DNA from: Clostridia bacterium
GTDB taxonomy: Bacteria; Bacillota; Clostridia; Christensenellales; Pumilibacteraceae
Length of the DNA: 64,000 bases
Direction of reading: 5' to 3'
Assembly: GCA_017500845.1 (NCBI GenBank)
Contig: JAFVXY010000005.1
Span: 57,246 to 121,245 of the forward strand
A model generated the notes under the pieces. That model searched no databases. It worked only from the letters and a program-made list of their open reading frames with translations, and was not told the DNA's origin. Below are positions 49,139 to 58,956 of the stretch, piece by piece. The translations under genes were made by a program, and so were the position numbers. Each line of letters begins with the position of its first letter. The stretch's first letter is position 1.

Positions 49139-50680
49139 TTACATCTTTTTTGATATCTCTTTGAATACTTTTGCCGTGGTTATCGTATCGGACAGCGCGC
49201 GATGCGCTTCCTCGTTGACAAATCCGAATTGCTTTGCCATATAGCCGAGGTTGTATTTTGCAAATTCGGGATGATATTTTTTTGCAAGAACCATAACGTC
49301 AAGCTGCTCGTTCTCAAAATAAATATTCATGGGCTCAGCTAAGCCGCGAAGCAACGGCCAGTCGTAATTAAGCGTGTTTTGCCCCACCATAATACAGCCG
49401 TAACAGAACTTGAAAAAGTCGGGCATTACGTCCTTTATAGTCGGCTTACCCTTTACCATAGCGTCGGTTATGCCGTGCACCTCGGTGCTTTTTTTTGGAA
49501 TAAGACATTCGGGGTCTACGAGGCACTCGAACGTTTCGGTAATGACGCCATCCTTTATTTTTACAGCTCCTATTTCTACTATTCGCGGATTTGTGTCGAG
49601 CAATCCCGTCGCCTCGAAGTCGTACACCACGAACTCCTTGTTAAGCAAAAACCTCGGGATTTCATCCTCTTGTCTAAAAATATCGTCCTGCTCGAAGCTT
49701 TCGTACGGTTGCGGAAATACGCACGTATATTTTTCGGGCAAGGACATCTTTGCGCGATTTATCTTGAACTCCTCGGGAAGCGTGCAAAGCGATACGTATC
49801 TTACTCGAAGCGACTTAGCAGTTACGCCGCGGAAGGTGTTCATTTCGATAGCGCCGTACACTACCACCTCTTTTCCGTCGCGAAGAAGCCTTATTTTGTC
49901 AAGCGTCTTTTTGGACGGGAAGTATATGCAGTCCACCGAGCCGGTAAAATCCTCCAGACGAAATTTGAAGAAGAACTTGTCCTCGGTGTCGCCCTCCTTT
50001 GGAGTGCGCTTGCGCTCGGTAAACTCCTTTATTCTGCCGCATAAAACTATGCCGTCCGTGGGCTTTGCGTCCACGATATAGCTTGGCTTTTCGTATATGA
50101 TTTCGCCGATAAACGGCTCAACGTTTTCCACCTTGATTTTTCTACCGCCCTCGTAGTCGTAAACGAGCTTTGTTTCGGGCAGCTCAAAAACGATTTCCTC
50201 ACTTTCGAGCTGAATAGGCTTTAGCTCTACCACTATTTTTTCGCAGTAGTGCGTAAACGCATAGGCGTTGATTTGGTCTAATATTTTTCGTGCGGTGATG
50301 TAGTCCGCTATTGTGGACGGAACCTCTATTTTTACGCGAACGCCGTCATCGGTGTACTCAAAAATAAAACTGCCGCTTTTAACATTGTTTTTTATTATGG
50401 GATGGTTTGCCAAAAATTCAAGCAGATTGTAGGTGAAGAACGCCTCGTCAAAGTAGCTCTTTTTAACCTTGAGCCTTACCTTGAAGGTCGTGCTTAAAAT
50501 CTCCGCCACCGCCTTAGTCAGCTCGGGGGTCTTTTTGTTAAGCTCGTCAAATCTACCCTCGGGACATACCAAAATAACCTCGAGCGTATTTTGCTTGATA
50601 TAAGCGTTTACGTCGGAAAGCTTAACGTCCGATAGATTTTCGCCCGTTCTTTCCTCTAAGCTGCTTAACAATTCATTCAC
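49139..50680 (-). CDS. PolC-like N-terminal/OB region fused to a DEDDh 3'-5' exonuclease; no PHP or polymerase domain
   Basis: Exo motifs FVVYDFEATGL, HGITDAMV, GQNTLNYDWPLL and HRALSDTITTAKVF. An OB-like segment is upstream (GIVLCGRIKEF...FKFRLEDFTGSVDCIYF...VVVYGAIE). The GTG start at 50680 overlaps the ispG stop (GTGA). The tracked 5' extension lies inside ispG. Confidence 0.8.
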   Translation of the reverse strand: MNELLSSLEERTGENLSDVKLSDVNAYIKQNTLEVILVCPEGRFDELNKKTPELTKAVAEILSTTFKVRLKVKKSYFDEAFFTYNLLEFLANHPIIKNNVKSGSFIFEYTDDGVRVKIEVPSTIADYITARKILDQINAYAFTHYCEKIVVELKPIQLESEEIVFELPETKLVYDYEGGRKIKVENVEPFIGEIIYEKPSYIVDAKPTDGIVLCGRIKEFTERKRTPKEGDTEDKFFFKFRLEDFTGSVDCIYFPSKKTLDKIRLLRDGKEVVVYGAIEMNTFRGVTAKSLRVRYVSLCTLPEEFKINRAKMSLPEKYTCVFPQPYESFEQDDIFRQEDEIPRFLLNKEFVVYDFEATGLLDTNPRIVEIGAVKIKDGVITETFECLVDPECLIPKKSTEVHGITDAMVKGKPTIKDVMPDFFKFCYGCIMVGQNTLNYDWPLLRGLAEPMNIYFENEQLDVMVLAKKYHPEFAKYNLGYMAKQFGFVNEEAHRALSDTITTAKVFKEISKKM

Positions 50681-51720
50681 TGATTTTTCTCCGCCAAAAT
50701 TTTTGAGATTAAACCTTTTATCTCGGGCAGTATGTCCGATTGGGGTACGGTTTTTACAACCTCGCCCTTGCAAAACAGTACCGCCTTGTCCTTGCCGCCC
50801 GCCACTCCGCAATCGGCGTTTTTTGCCTCACCCGGGCCATTGACAACACAACCCATAACCGCTACCCTAAGTGGAACCGTTATGCCGTCCGTAAAGCGGC
50901 GAAGCTCCCGTACCGTGCCCTCAAGATCGTAATTGCACCTCGAGCAGGTCGGGCATGAAATTAGCTCGCAAAAGTTTTTGTCAAGTCCAACACTTCTGAG
51001 TATATTACGAGCCGCCTTAACCTCCTCTACGGGGTCGCCCGAAAGCGACACTCTGATGGTGTCACCTATCCCCATGGCAAGCAAAGCGCCTATACCTATT
51101 GCCGATTTTAGTGTTCCGCCCTCAACGTCACCGCTTTCGGTCACGCCAAGGTGAAGCGGATAATCACACGCCTGACTAACTAAGCGGTTAGCCTCTATCA
51201 TCGTGCGAACGTCGCTTGATTTTACCGAAATCACTATATCTTCAAAGCCGTAGGAGCGCACCTTGTCCACACTTTTTAGCGCACTTTTCGCCAGTGCCTC
51301 GGCACCGCCACCGATAACGCCGCCCTCGAGCGAGCCGCCGTTTACGCCCACACGGATTGCCGTGCGATTGGCCTTGCAAGCCTGTACTACCCTTTTTACG
51401 CCGTCCTCGCCACCGATATTGCCGGGGTTTATGCGCACCTTGGCAAAGCCGATGTCGCTACACGCCACCGCAAGACGGTGATCAAACTGAATATCGGCTA
51501 CAAGCGGAACGTCAAAGCTTTTTATGTACTGCTTGCAAGCCTCGACCTCGGCATCGCTACTTACCGCAAGGCGAACGATATCGCACCCTGCGGCAACAAG
51601 ACGGCTGATTTGTTCGCCCGTTTTGTCTATGTCGGCGGTAGGCGTGTTAGTCATTGACTGAATGGTAACACGGCTTCCACCGCCGATGGGCGTATTTTTT
51701 ACAAAAACAGATTTTGTCAT
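50677..51720 (-). CDS. ispG: 4-hydroxy-3-methylbut-2-enyl diphosphate synthase
   Basis: IQSMTNT, ADIQFD, RINPGNIG and the C-terminal CPTCSRC...GCVVNGPGE cluster ligands. Confidence 0.96.
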   Translation of the reverse strand: MTKSVFVKNTPIGGGSRVTIQSMTNTPTADIDKTGEQISRLVAAGCDIVRLAVSSDAEVEACKQYIKSFDVPLVADIQFDHRLAVACSDIGFAKVRINPGNIGGEDGVKRVVQACKANRTAIRVGVNGGSLEGGVIGGGAEALAKSALKSVDKVRSYGFEDIVISVKSSDVRTMIEANRLVSQACDYPLHLGVTESGDVEGGTLKSAIGIGALLAMGIGDTIRVSLSGDPVEEVKAARNILRSVGLDKNFCELISCPTCSRCNYDLEGTVRELRRFTDGITVPLRVAVMGCVVNGPGEAKNADCGVAGGKDKAVLFCKGEVVKTVPQSDILPEIKGLISKILAEKNQ

Positions 51721-51724
51721 AACG

Positions 51725-52870
51725 CTATACGAAAATTAGGTTATATACGTCTAAAATGACGACTAAGGCAAGCAAAACAATAAGTCCTATAAAATGAATC
51801 ATTCCCTCTATATTTTGATCGATGGGCTTACCCCTTATCCATTCGATAACGGTAAACACCACCTTTGCGCCGTCAAGCGCAGGTATGGGAAAGAGATTGA
51901 AAAGTCCAAGGTTAGCGGCAATAAGCGGCATCAAAAGCAAGAAGTACGTCCAATTTTGCATACCGTAATTTGCCATTTGATTTACCGTACCTATGGGGCC
52001 CGAAACCTCGCTTATGGGCACCTTGCCCGTAATAAGGTCGCCAAACGCGCCGAGAATCATCCACGACAGCTCGGCGGTATAAGGAACGCAATACTTAAAC
52101 GCCTCGCCCACCGTCGCCCTTTCGTAAAGCAGTCCAACGCCCATACCTATTGCAGTAATGGGGGTGCCGTCCTCGTTGGTAACAGTCGTATCGTACTCGC
52201 GAATGCTTGTAGACACGGTCATTTCTTGTCCGTCACGAAGCACGAGAATGTCAAGAACGTCGCCCTCTTTTTTGCCCTCGAGTGCGTCCGAAAGAGTATA
52301 GTTAAAGTCGATTTCCTTGCCGTCAACCTCGAGAATTTTGTCACCGCTTTCTAACGCGCAAACGGCGGCGTTGTCAATACTTTGATATACCGTAGCGACG
52401 TTTGGCGTACTTGCGCCTGCTGCGACGATAAAAATGAACGCAAAAATAACTGCAGAAATAAGATTAAAAACACCGCCTGCCATAAGCACGATTATACGCT
52501 TCCATGGCGGCTGCTCATTGAATTTTTTTCCACGCAGATCGGTCTGCGTAGCTTGATTTTCTTCCTGATTGCTTTGTTCTCTTACTTCCGCACCCTCGGA
52601 TTTAGACTCGCTTTTTATCTTTTCGGGCGCGAGAATAGCCTCCTCGTCCGTTTCGCCTGCAAAAGCGCAAAAGCCGCCAAGCGGCAACGCACGTATGGAA
52701 AACACCTCACCGTTCTTTTTGGTCTTAGAAAAAAGCTTGGGACCAAAGCCGATAGCAAACTCGTCTATCTTAAATCCCAAAAGCTTGCCGGCAATATAAT
52801 GCCCAAACTCATGGATTGTTATCATTAGCAGAAGAATAAGTATAGCGACTATTATATAAAGGATTTTCAT
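51725..52870 (-). CDS. rseP: Site-2 protease RseP/RasP (M50)
   Basis: HEFGHY zinc motif, a central PDZ domain, and NLFPIPALDG. Confidence 0.92.
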   Translation of the reverse strand: MKILYIIVAILILLLMITIHEFGHYIAGKLLGFKIDEFAIGFGPKLFSKTKKNGEVFSIRALPLGGFCAFAGETDEEAILAPEKIKSESKSEGAEVREQSNQEENQATQTDLRGKKFNEQPPWKRIIVLMAGGVFNLISAVIFAFIFIVAAGASTPNVATVYQSIDNAAVCALESGDKILEVDGKEIDFNYTLSDALEGKKEGDVLDILVLRDGQEMTVSTSIREYDTTVTNEDGTPITAIGMGVGLLYERATVGEAFKYCVPYTAELSWMILGAFGDLITGKVPISEVSGPIGTVNQMANYGMQNWTYFLLLMPLIAANLGLFNLFPIPALDGAKVVFTVIEWIRGKPIDQNIEGMIHFIGLIVLLALVVILDVYNLIFV

Positions 52871-52882
52871 CTTTTCTGCTCC

Positions 52883-54007
52883 TTAATGACCGTATTTTTT
52901 TATTACTTCGTTTACCGTACTTTTATGCAATTCAATTATATCACTAAGCGTTGCGCCGTATACAATTTGGGCTGACGTCATAACGTTTTTTACAATTTCC
53001 GCTATGTCCGTAAAGGCAATTTTGCCTTGCATAAACAGCCTTACCGCACCCTCGTTGCTTGCGTCCAAAATTGTGCCCGACGTTCCGCCCTTTTCTATAC
53101 ACTCCATCGCAAGCCTTGGAGCAAAGAACACGTCTTCGCGCTTTGGCAAAAACGACAGCGTGCGATCGAACTCGAAGTCTTTTATTCCGCTTAGCCCTCT
53201 ATCCGGATAACTCAGCGCAACCGAAATGGGAAGTCGCATATCGGGCTGGGAAAGCTGAGCCATTACCGCGCCGTCGCGGAACACCACCATCGAATGAATA
53301 ATGCTTTCGGGGTGAATAACGTAGTCGACGTTTTTGGTGCCAAACAGCCATCTTGCCTCGATAAGCTCGAGAGCCTTGTTCATCATAGTTGCACTGTCTA
53401 CCGAAATCTTTTTGCCCATCTTCCAGTTAGGGTGGCGGATTGCCTCGTCGGGCGTTACGGTCTTTAGCTTGTCTATCGAATAAGTATAGTACCTGCCACC
53501 GCTTGCCGTAAGCACGATTTTTTGCACCTCGTCTGCCTTGCCTGCCCTAAGACATTGCCAAACGGCAGAATGCTCGCTGTCCACGGGAATAATTTGCGCC
53601 CCGCTTTTTGCCGCCATATCCATAATAATTTCGCCTGCCGAAACAAGACATTCCTTGTTTGCGAGCGCAATTTTTTTGCCAAGTCTTACGTAGCGTATGA
53701 GTGCAGGCAAAATATCCGTACCCACCGCACAGAACAAAATAACGTCGCAACTGTCGCACAGTGCATACGCCTCTTCTCCCGCCGCAAATTTGATGTTAGC
53801 CAGTTTGCCAAGCCCTTGTCTGTCGTAATTTGCGGTGCTCAATAATCCCACAGCCGAGGGGTGAAACCTGTTTGCTTGACTTATAAGCAAATCCAAATTG
53901 CTGTTTGTCACCAGCACCTCTGCCTTTAGGCACTCGCTTTGCGCTATAAGCTCCAGCGCTTGCGTACCGATTGAGCCGCCACTACCGAAAATTCCTACTT
54001 TTATCAT
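52883..54007 (-). CDS. dxr: 1-deoxy-D-xylulose-5-phosphate reductoisomerase
   Basis: GSGGSIGTQAL, LANKE, IPVDSEHSA and HPNWKMG. Confidence 0.96.
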   Translation of the reverse strand: MIKVGIFGSGGSIGTQALELIAQSECLKAEVLVTNSNLDLLISQANRFHPSAVGLLSTANYDRQGLGKLANIKFAAGEEAYALCDSCDVILFCAVGTDILPALIRYVRLGKKIALANKECLVSAGEIIMDMAAKSGAQIIPVDSEHSAVWQCLRAGKADEVQKIVLTASGGRYYTYSIDKLKTVTPDEAIRHPNWKMGKKISVDSATMMNKALELIEARWLFGTKNVDYVIHPESIIHSMVVFRDGAVMAQLSQPDMRLPISVALSYPDRGLSGIKDFEFDRTLSFLPKREDVFFAPRLAMECIEKGGTSGTILDASNEGAVRLFMQGKIAFTDIAEIVKNVMTSAQIVYGATLSDIIELHKSTVNEVIKKYGH

Positions 54008-54882
54008 ATTGCCATAAGAATCGAAAAATACAAGAAAATTACTACTGCGCCTACGATCATTCCGTCAATTCTGTCCATAATGCCACCGTGTCCGGGCAAA
54101 AGATTGGAATAATCCTTGATGCCCACAAGTCGCTTTATGTACGAAGCGAGTAGGTCGCCGACCTGCGTTGCCACCGAGCAAGCAAGTCCCACACATATAA
54201 AGTTGATGCAATTTGATGCACCGTTGCTAAGCGGACCCATGCCAAGTGCCGCACCCACTCCCGTCTTGGAAAGGAAGAACAAAAGAGTTCCTGCAAGCAC
54301 GCCGCCGATAAGACCGCCGATCGCACCCGAAATGGTTTTGTTGGGGCTGATTTTTGGGCACAGCTTTTTACCCTTAAGGGTGGTGCCCACAAAATAGGCA
54401 AAGGTATCGGTTAGCGGAGAGACTGCAAAAAGCATCAAAATCGCATTTGCTCTGTACGGCTCGTGCATGTGATTGAATCCCATCATATACATAAGCGCAC
54501 ATATTGGGTAAATAAGCACGAACATGGTACTTACCACGTTGTTAGTGCCTATGCTTTTGTGGAAAACGGACACGAAAACGAGTATAAGCGACATTACCAG
54601 CACAACGCTGAAAAACGTGGTTATACCGCCTATATCCCACACCTCTTGTGACACAACAAAGCCCGCATAGCCAAGCACTAACGTAACGAGCGCGATTGGC
54701 AAAACAGGCTTAGGAAACTTAGATCCTATTGCATTACTTACCTCGATTGCGGCAATGGTAGCAAGTGCAAGCACGAACACGTCAAAAAACACCCAATGCA
54801 CCAAAAGCGTAAGCAAAATTACGCCCACGAACACCGCAAAAATCAAGCTTCCTGTTATTAGTCTTTTTTTAAGATTGTTCAT
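54004..54882 (-). CDS. cdsA: Phosphatidate cytidylyltransferase
   Basis: Multi-TM protein with the C-terminal signature SYIKRLVGIKDYSNLLPGHGGIMDRIDG. Confidence 0.93.
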   Translation of the reverse strand: MNNLKKRLITGSLIFAVFVGVILLTLLVHWVFFDVFVLALATIAAIEVSNAIGSKFPKPVLPIALVTLVLGYAGFVVSQEVWDIGGITTFFSVVLVMSLILVFVSVFHKSIGTNNVVSTMFVLIYPICALMYMMGFNHMHEPYRANAILMLFAVSPLTDTFAYFVGTTLKGKKLCPKISPNKTISGAIGGLIGGVLAGTLLFFLSKTGVGAALGMGPLSNGASNCINFICVGLACSVATQVGDLLASYIKRLVGIKDYSNLLPGHGGIMDRIDGMIVGAVVIFLYFSILMAI

Positions 54883-55553
54883 TTACCAAAACGCCTATCC
54901 CTATTATAATATTCGTCAATTATCGCATTTAGCTCTTTGTCCGAAAAATCCGGCCAAAAGGTATCCGAAAAAAACAGTTCGGTGTACGCAAGCTGATACA
55001 GCATAAAGTTGCTTAGTCGCTTTTCACCGCCCGTGCGTACCAAAATATCCGGGTCCGGTTGACCGGCTGTGTACAAAAAATCGCATAACGGTCTATCGAT
55101 TTTGCTGTCCTTGTACTGCTGAGCCGCATAAATAAGCTCGTCCCTGCCGCCGTAGTTGAGGGCTATATTTACCACTCTATCCACTATATTTTGAGTGCGC
55201 CTTTGCACCTCAATTATCTTATTTTGCAAATCGCTATCAAAGTACGAAATGTCACCTATAACGTTTAGCCTTGCACCAAACTGCGACAAGTCGTCGGCAA
55301 TCGAATCAAGGTGCTCACGCATAAGCGAAATAAGCCCATCCACTTCGGATTTGTCACGGTTTTTATTTTCGGTCGAAAACGCATAAAAGGACACGTAAGG
55401 AATGGCGAGCTTGTTGCACGCTTTTGCTGTTCGCATCATTGCCTTAATGCCCTCTTTGTGTCCTAAATTACGCGGCAGATGGCGCTTAGAAGCCCACCTG
55501 CCGTTGCCGTCCATAATAAAAGCTATGTGCTTTATGGTTTTGTTAGATTTCAA
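54879..55553 (-). CDS. uppS: Undecaprenyl diphosphate synthase
   Basis: HIAFIMDGNGRWA, FSTEN and RTGGEKRLSNF. TTG start at 55553 overlaps the end of frr. Confidence 0.95.
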   Translation of the reverse strand: MKSNKTIKHIAFIMDGNGRWASKRHLPRNLGHKEGIKAMMRTAKACNKLAIPYVSFYAFSTENKNRDKSEVDGLISLMREHLDSIADDLSQFGARLNVIGDISYFDSDLQNKIIEVQRRTQNIVDRVVNIALNYGGRDELIYAAQQYKDSKIDRPLCDFLYTAGQPDPDILVRTGGEKRLSNFMLYQLAYTELFFSDTFWPDFSDKELNAIIDEYYNRDRRFGK

Positions 55554-56118
55554 GAATTTCCGCTTCCTTATCCTTTAATAATGCGTCAACCTTGGCGATA
55601 TAGCTGTCGAGCGTCTTTTGAACGTCTGCACCATACGTCTTTTCTTCATCTTCGGTGATAAGGCTATCCTTTTTGAATTTCTTGAGTACGTCCATAATGT
55701 CGCGACGCTCATTGCGAAGCGTAACCTTGCTGTCCTCCGATATCTTCTTTACCTGCTTGGTAAGCTCCTTACGTCGCTCTGCGGTAAGTTGGGGGAACAC
55801 AAGGCGAATCACCTTGCCGTCGTCAGACGGTGTGATACCGATATCGGACGCCATAATTGCCTTTACGACTTCCTTTACCATCGAGGTATCCCAAAGCGAG
55901 ATGCAAAGCATACGTGCCTCGGGAACGGTGATGTTTGCCATGCCCGAAAGCGGAGTGGGCGTTCCGTAATAATCAACAACAATCTTGTTGAGAATAGCGG
56001 GATTTGCGCGTCCGGCGCGAACTGCCATAAATTCGTTCTTCAAAAAGTCAAATGCTTTGTTAAGCTTTGCCTCGTATTTATCAAATTCTTCTTTTACCTG
56101 TGGGTTAGCTATTGCCAT
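55543..56118 (-). CDS. frr: Ribosome recycling factor
   Basis: RAGRANPAIL, VDYYGTPTPL and LTAERRKEL. Confidence 0.96.
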   Translation of the reverse strand: MAIANPQVKEEFDKYEAKLNKAFDFLKNEFMAVRAGRANPAILNKIVVDYYGTPTPLSGMANITVPEARMLCISLWDTSMVKEVVKAIMASDIGITPSDDGKVIRLVFPQLTAERRKELTKQVKKISEDSKVTLRNERRDIMDVLKKFKKDSLITEDEEKTYGADVQKTLDSYIAKVDALLKDKEAEILEI

Positions 56119-56213
56119 AATTTCCCTCCGTTGATGTATGTACTCTTATTATTATATCAAAAATATCGAATAATGACAAGCAAATTGATAGTTTGTTTGG
56201 CAAAATTGGTTGA

Positions 56214-56909
56214 TTAGTTTATAAGCGTACCTATTTTTTCGCCCATTCCCGCGCGAATTATGGAGTCCTTTTCGCCAAGACCGAATGCAATGATGGGAAT
56301 ATGGTTTTCCATACACATAGTGATAGACGTAAGATCCATAACCGAAAGACCTCTGTTCATTACCTCCATATAGGTAAGTTTATCGAACTTCTTTGCCTCG
56401 GGATTGGTGCGCGGGTCACTATCGTAAACGCCATCGATATTCTTTGCCATAATAAGCGCATCAGCCTTGATTTGTGCGGCACGAAGCGCGGCACCCGTAT
56501 CGGTTGTAAAGTACGGATTACCTGTTCCGCAAGCAAATATTACTATGCGCTTACGCTCGAGGTGCTTTTGCGCCTTACGCAAAATGAACGGCTCGGCTAC
56601 AACGTTGATATTGATTGCCGTCTGCACTCTTGCCGGCACGCCCTTAGACTCAATTGCATCGCAAAGCGCAAGAGCGTTTAGCGTGGTTGCAAGCATACCC
56701 ATATAGTCAGCCGTGGACCTATCCATATTCTTGCCCTGTCTGCCGCGCCAGAAGTTGCCGCCACCCACTACTATGGCGATTTCCGTACCTTTTTCGCGCA
56801 AAGCCACAAGCTGGCTGACCACCTTTTCTACCATTTCTTCATTCAAGCCGTTGCCGTCCTTGCCTGCAAGTGCTTCGCCGCTGATTTTTAGTAAGATACG
56901 TTTGTACAT
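56214..56909 (-). CDS. pyrH: UMP kinase
   Basis: YKRILLKISGEAL, VVGGGNFWRG and GTGNPYFTTD. I prefer ATG 56909, preceded by AAAGGAG, over the tracked 57020. Confidence 0.96.
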   Translation of the reverse strand: MYKRILLKISGEALAGKDGNGLNEEMVEKVVSQLVALREKGTEIAIVVGGGNFWRGRQGKNMDRSTADYMGMLATTLNALALCDAIESKGVPARVQTAININVVAEPFILRKAQKHLERKRIVIFACGTGNPYFTTDTGAALRAAQIKADALIMAKNIDGVYDSDPRTNPEAKKFDKLTYMEVMNRGLSVMDLTSITMCMENHIPIIAFGLGEKDSIIRAGMGEKIGTLIN

Positions 56910-56991
56910 TTTATTCTCCTTTTTATTTTGACCGTTAAACTGCCGTGCCGTAACAAAGCAAAGCAGTATGAACATTAGGGGCGCCCCCTTA

Positions 56992-57019
56992 AAAAAGTGG
57001 ACGCACAGCTGCGTCCACA
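56992..57019 (-). terminator. Intrinsic terminator after tsf
   Basis: On the minus strand: GTGGACGCA, loop GCTG, TGCGTCCAC, followed by TTTTTT. Confidence 0.8.
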
Positions 57020-57026
57020 TTCTTAA

Positions 57027-57953
57027 TTATTTATTCTGCATTTTAGCAATTTCTTCAGCAAAATTCTCGTTCTTCTTTTCGAGACCCTCGCCCATTACGA
57101 AGCGAGTGAACTTTTTGAGAGTGATATTTGCGCCGAGCTCCTTGCCGGTCTTCTCTACAAGCTGTCTGATGGTGATGGACGAGTCCTTAGCGAATTCCTG
57201 ATCGATAAGGCAAACTTCCTTGTAGAACTTACCAAGTCTACCTACGATCATCTTCTCGATAACAGCGGCGGGCTTGCTTGCGTTCTTCGGGTCGTTAGCG
57301 ATTTGTGCGCCCAAAATTTCCTTCTCGTGCTCAACAGCCTCTGCAGGAACTTCCTCGTTGTAGGTGTACTGCGGAGCGAATGCAGCAATGTGCATTGCAA
57401 TGTCGTGGCAAACGGTATTGAAGGTAGCGTTGTCGTTGAGGTTCTTGTCGGTTTCGATATCAAGCAATACGCCGATCTTGCCGCCCATATGAATGTAAGC
57501 CTCTTCCTTGCAGCCCTCCTGTCTTACGAATCTGCGGAAGGAAATCTTCTCGCCGATCTTAGCGGTAGCTGCGGTGATAAGCTCGTTAACGGTTTCGCCG
57601 CCTACCTTGGTAGCAAGCAAAACGTCGTTATCTGCGGGATTGGTTTCTACAACTGCTTTTGCGATTGCGGTAGCGGTATCGATGAACGCATCGCTACGAG
57701 CAACGAAGTCGGATTCGCAGTTAAGCTCGATAAGCGCGCCAACCTTGCCGTCAGCGGTAGTGTAAGCAACTACTGCACCCTCGCTTGCGATACGCGAAGC
57801 CTTTTTAGCTGCAACGCTGATACCCTGTTCTCTAAGGTATTCTGCAGCCTTATCCATATCGCCGTCGGTATGGGTAAGAGCCTTTTTGCAATCCATCATG
57901 CCTGCGCCCGTTCTTTCACGGAGTGCGGCAACGTCCTTAGCTGTAAATGCCAT
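57027..57953 (-). CDS. tsf: Elongation factor Ts
   Basis: LRERTGAGMMDCKKAL UBA-like N-terminus and the EF-Ts core. Confidence 0.97.
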   Translation of the reverse strand: MAFTAKDVAALRERTGAGMMDCKKALTHTDGDMDKAAEYLREQGISVAAKKASRIASEGAVVAYTTADGKVGALIELNCESDFVARSDAFIDTATAIAKAVVETNPADNDVLLATKVGGETVNELITAATAKIGEKISFRRFVRQEGCKEEAYIHMGGKIGVLLDIETDKNLNDNATFNTVCHDIAMHIAAFAPQYTYNEEVPAEAVEHEKEILGAQIANDPKNASKPAAVIEKMIVGRLGKFYKEVCLIDQEFAKDSSITIRQLVEKTGKELGANITLKKFTRFVMGEGLEKKNENFAEEIAKMQNK

Positions 57954-57967
57954 TATAATAATCCTCC

Positions 57968-58759
57968 TTATGCTTCGATAGCTTCTGCCGGCTCTTCGGT
58001 AGCAACCTGTGCTTCCTCACCCTTAGCCTTAGCAGCCTCTTCAGCTTCCTTCTGTCTCATAGCGGCAAGGCCTTCCTCGCCCTCGCGAGCCTCGATAACA
58101 GCGTCTGCCATTGCGCCTGCAATAAGCTTGATAGCTCTGATTGCGTCGTCGTTGCCCGGAATCACGTAGTCAACCTCGTCCGGATCGCAGTTGGTATCAA
58201 CGATACCTACGATGGGAATACCAAGGCTGCGAGCCTCTGCTACTGCAAGGTGCTCCTTCTTGGGGTCTACGATGAACAATGCGCCCGGCAAAGTTCTCAT
58301 TTCCTTAACGCCGCCAAGGTTAGCCTCGAGCTTGTCGCGCTCTGCGATGAGCTTTGCTACTTCCTTCTTGGGAAGAACGTTGAATTCGTTCATCTTCTCC
58401 ATCTGGTTGAGCTTGTTAAGTCTTTCTACGCGGCTACGCATGGTAACGAAGTTGGTAAGCATACCACCGAGCCAACGGTTGTTAACGTAGTACATTCCGC
58501 ACTTTTGAGCCTCTTGCATAATTGCTTCCTGAGCCTGCTTCTTGGTACCAACGAAAAGAATGGACTTGCCGGAATCTGCTACACTCTTGATAAAGTTGTA
58601 AGCTTCGTCAATAAGACCAACGGTCATTTCGAGGTTAATGATATAAATATCATTACGTGCGGTATAGATATACCTCTTCATTTTCGGGTTCCACTTTCTG
58701 GTGGGGTGTCCGAAGTGTACGCCTGCTTCGAGCAGTTGTTTCATAGAAACGATGTTCAT
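57968..58759 (-). CDS. rpsB: 30S ribosomal protein S2
   Basis: [19 protein letters not shown], and an acidic C-terminal tail. Confidence 0.98.
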   Translation of the reverse strand: MNIVSMKQLLEAGVHFGHPTRKWNPKMKRYIYTARNDIYIINLEMTVGLIDEAYNFIKSVADSGKSILFVGTKKQAQEAIMQEAQKCGMYYVNNRWLGGMLTNFVTMRSRVERLNKLNQMEKMNEFNVLPKKEVAKLIAERDKLEANLGGVKEMRTLPGALFIVDPKKEHLAVAEARSLGIPIVGIVDTNCDPDEVDYVIPGNDDAIRAIKLIAGAMADAVIEAREGEEGLAAMRQKEAEEAAKAKGEEAQVATEEPAEAIEA

Positions 58760-58890
58760 GTGTTTTCCTCCTGTTTAATCCTCCCCTGCATCAACTCCGT
58801 TTTCCCCTCGCCAACTTGACAAATTTTTTGGACGAGGAACAGGAAACGAATCCGCTAGGGTGCGTATTACAAACGAAGGTAGTATAGCAT

Positions 58891-58938
58891 AAAAAAACCG
58901 ACTACGCAAACGTTTTTAATGCGTAATCGGTATTTTTT
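58891..58938. terminator. Bidirectional terminator-like hairpin downstream of the DUF1292 gene
   Basis: A7, then CCGACTACGC, 13-nt loop, GCGTAATCGG (one mismatch), then TATTTTTT. Confidence 0.6.
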
Positions 58939-58956
58939 GTAATTTTTTTGCGATTA

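Noticed and set aside
56976-56990. GGGGCGCCCC palindrome between pyrH and tsf as a possible regulatory element
   Set aside because: A 10-nt perfect palindrome without a loop cannot form a useful hairpin, and it occurs only once. It is probably incidental sequence next to the real tsf terminator.
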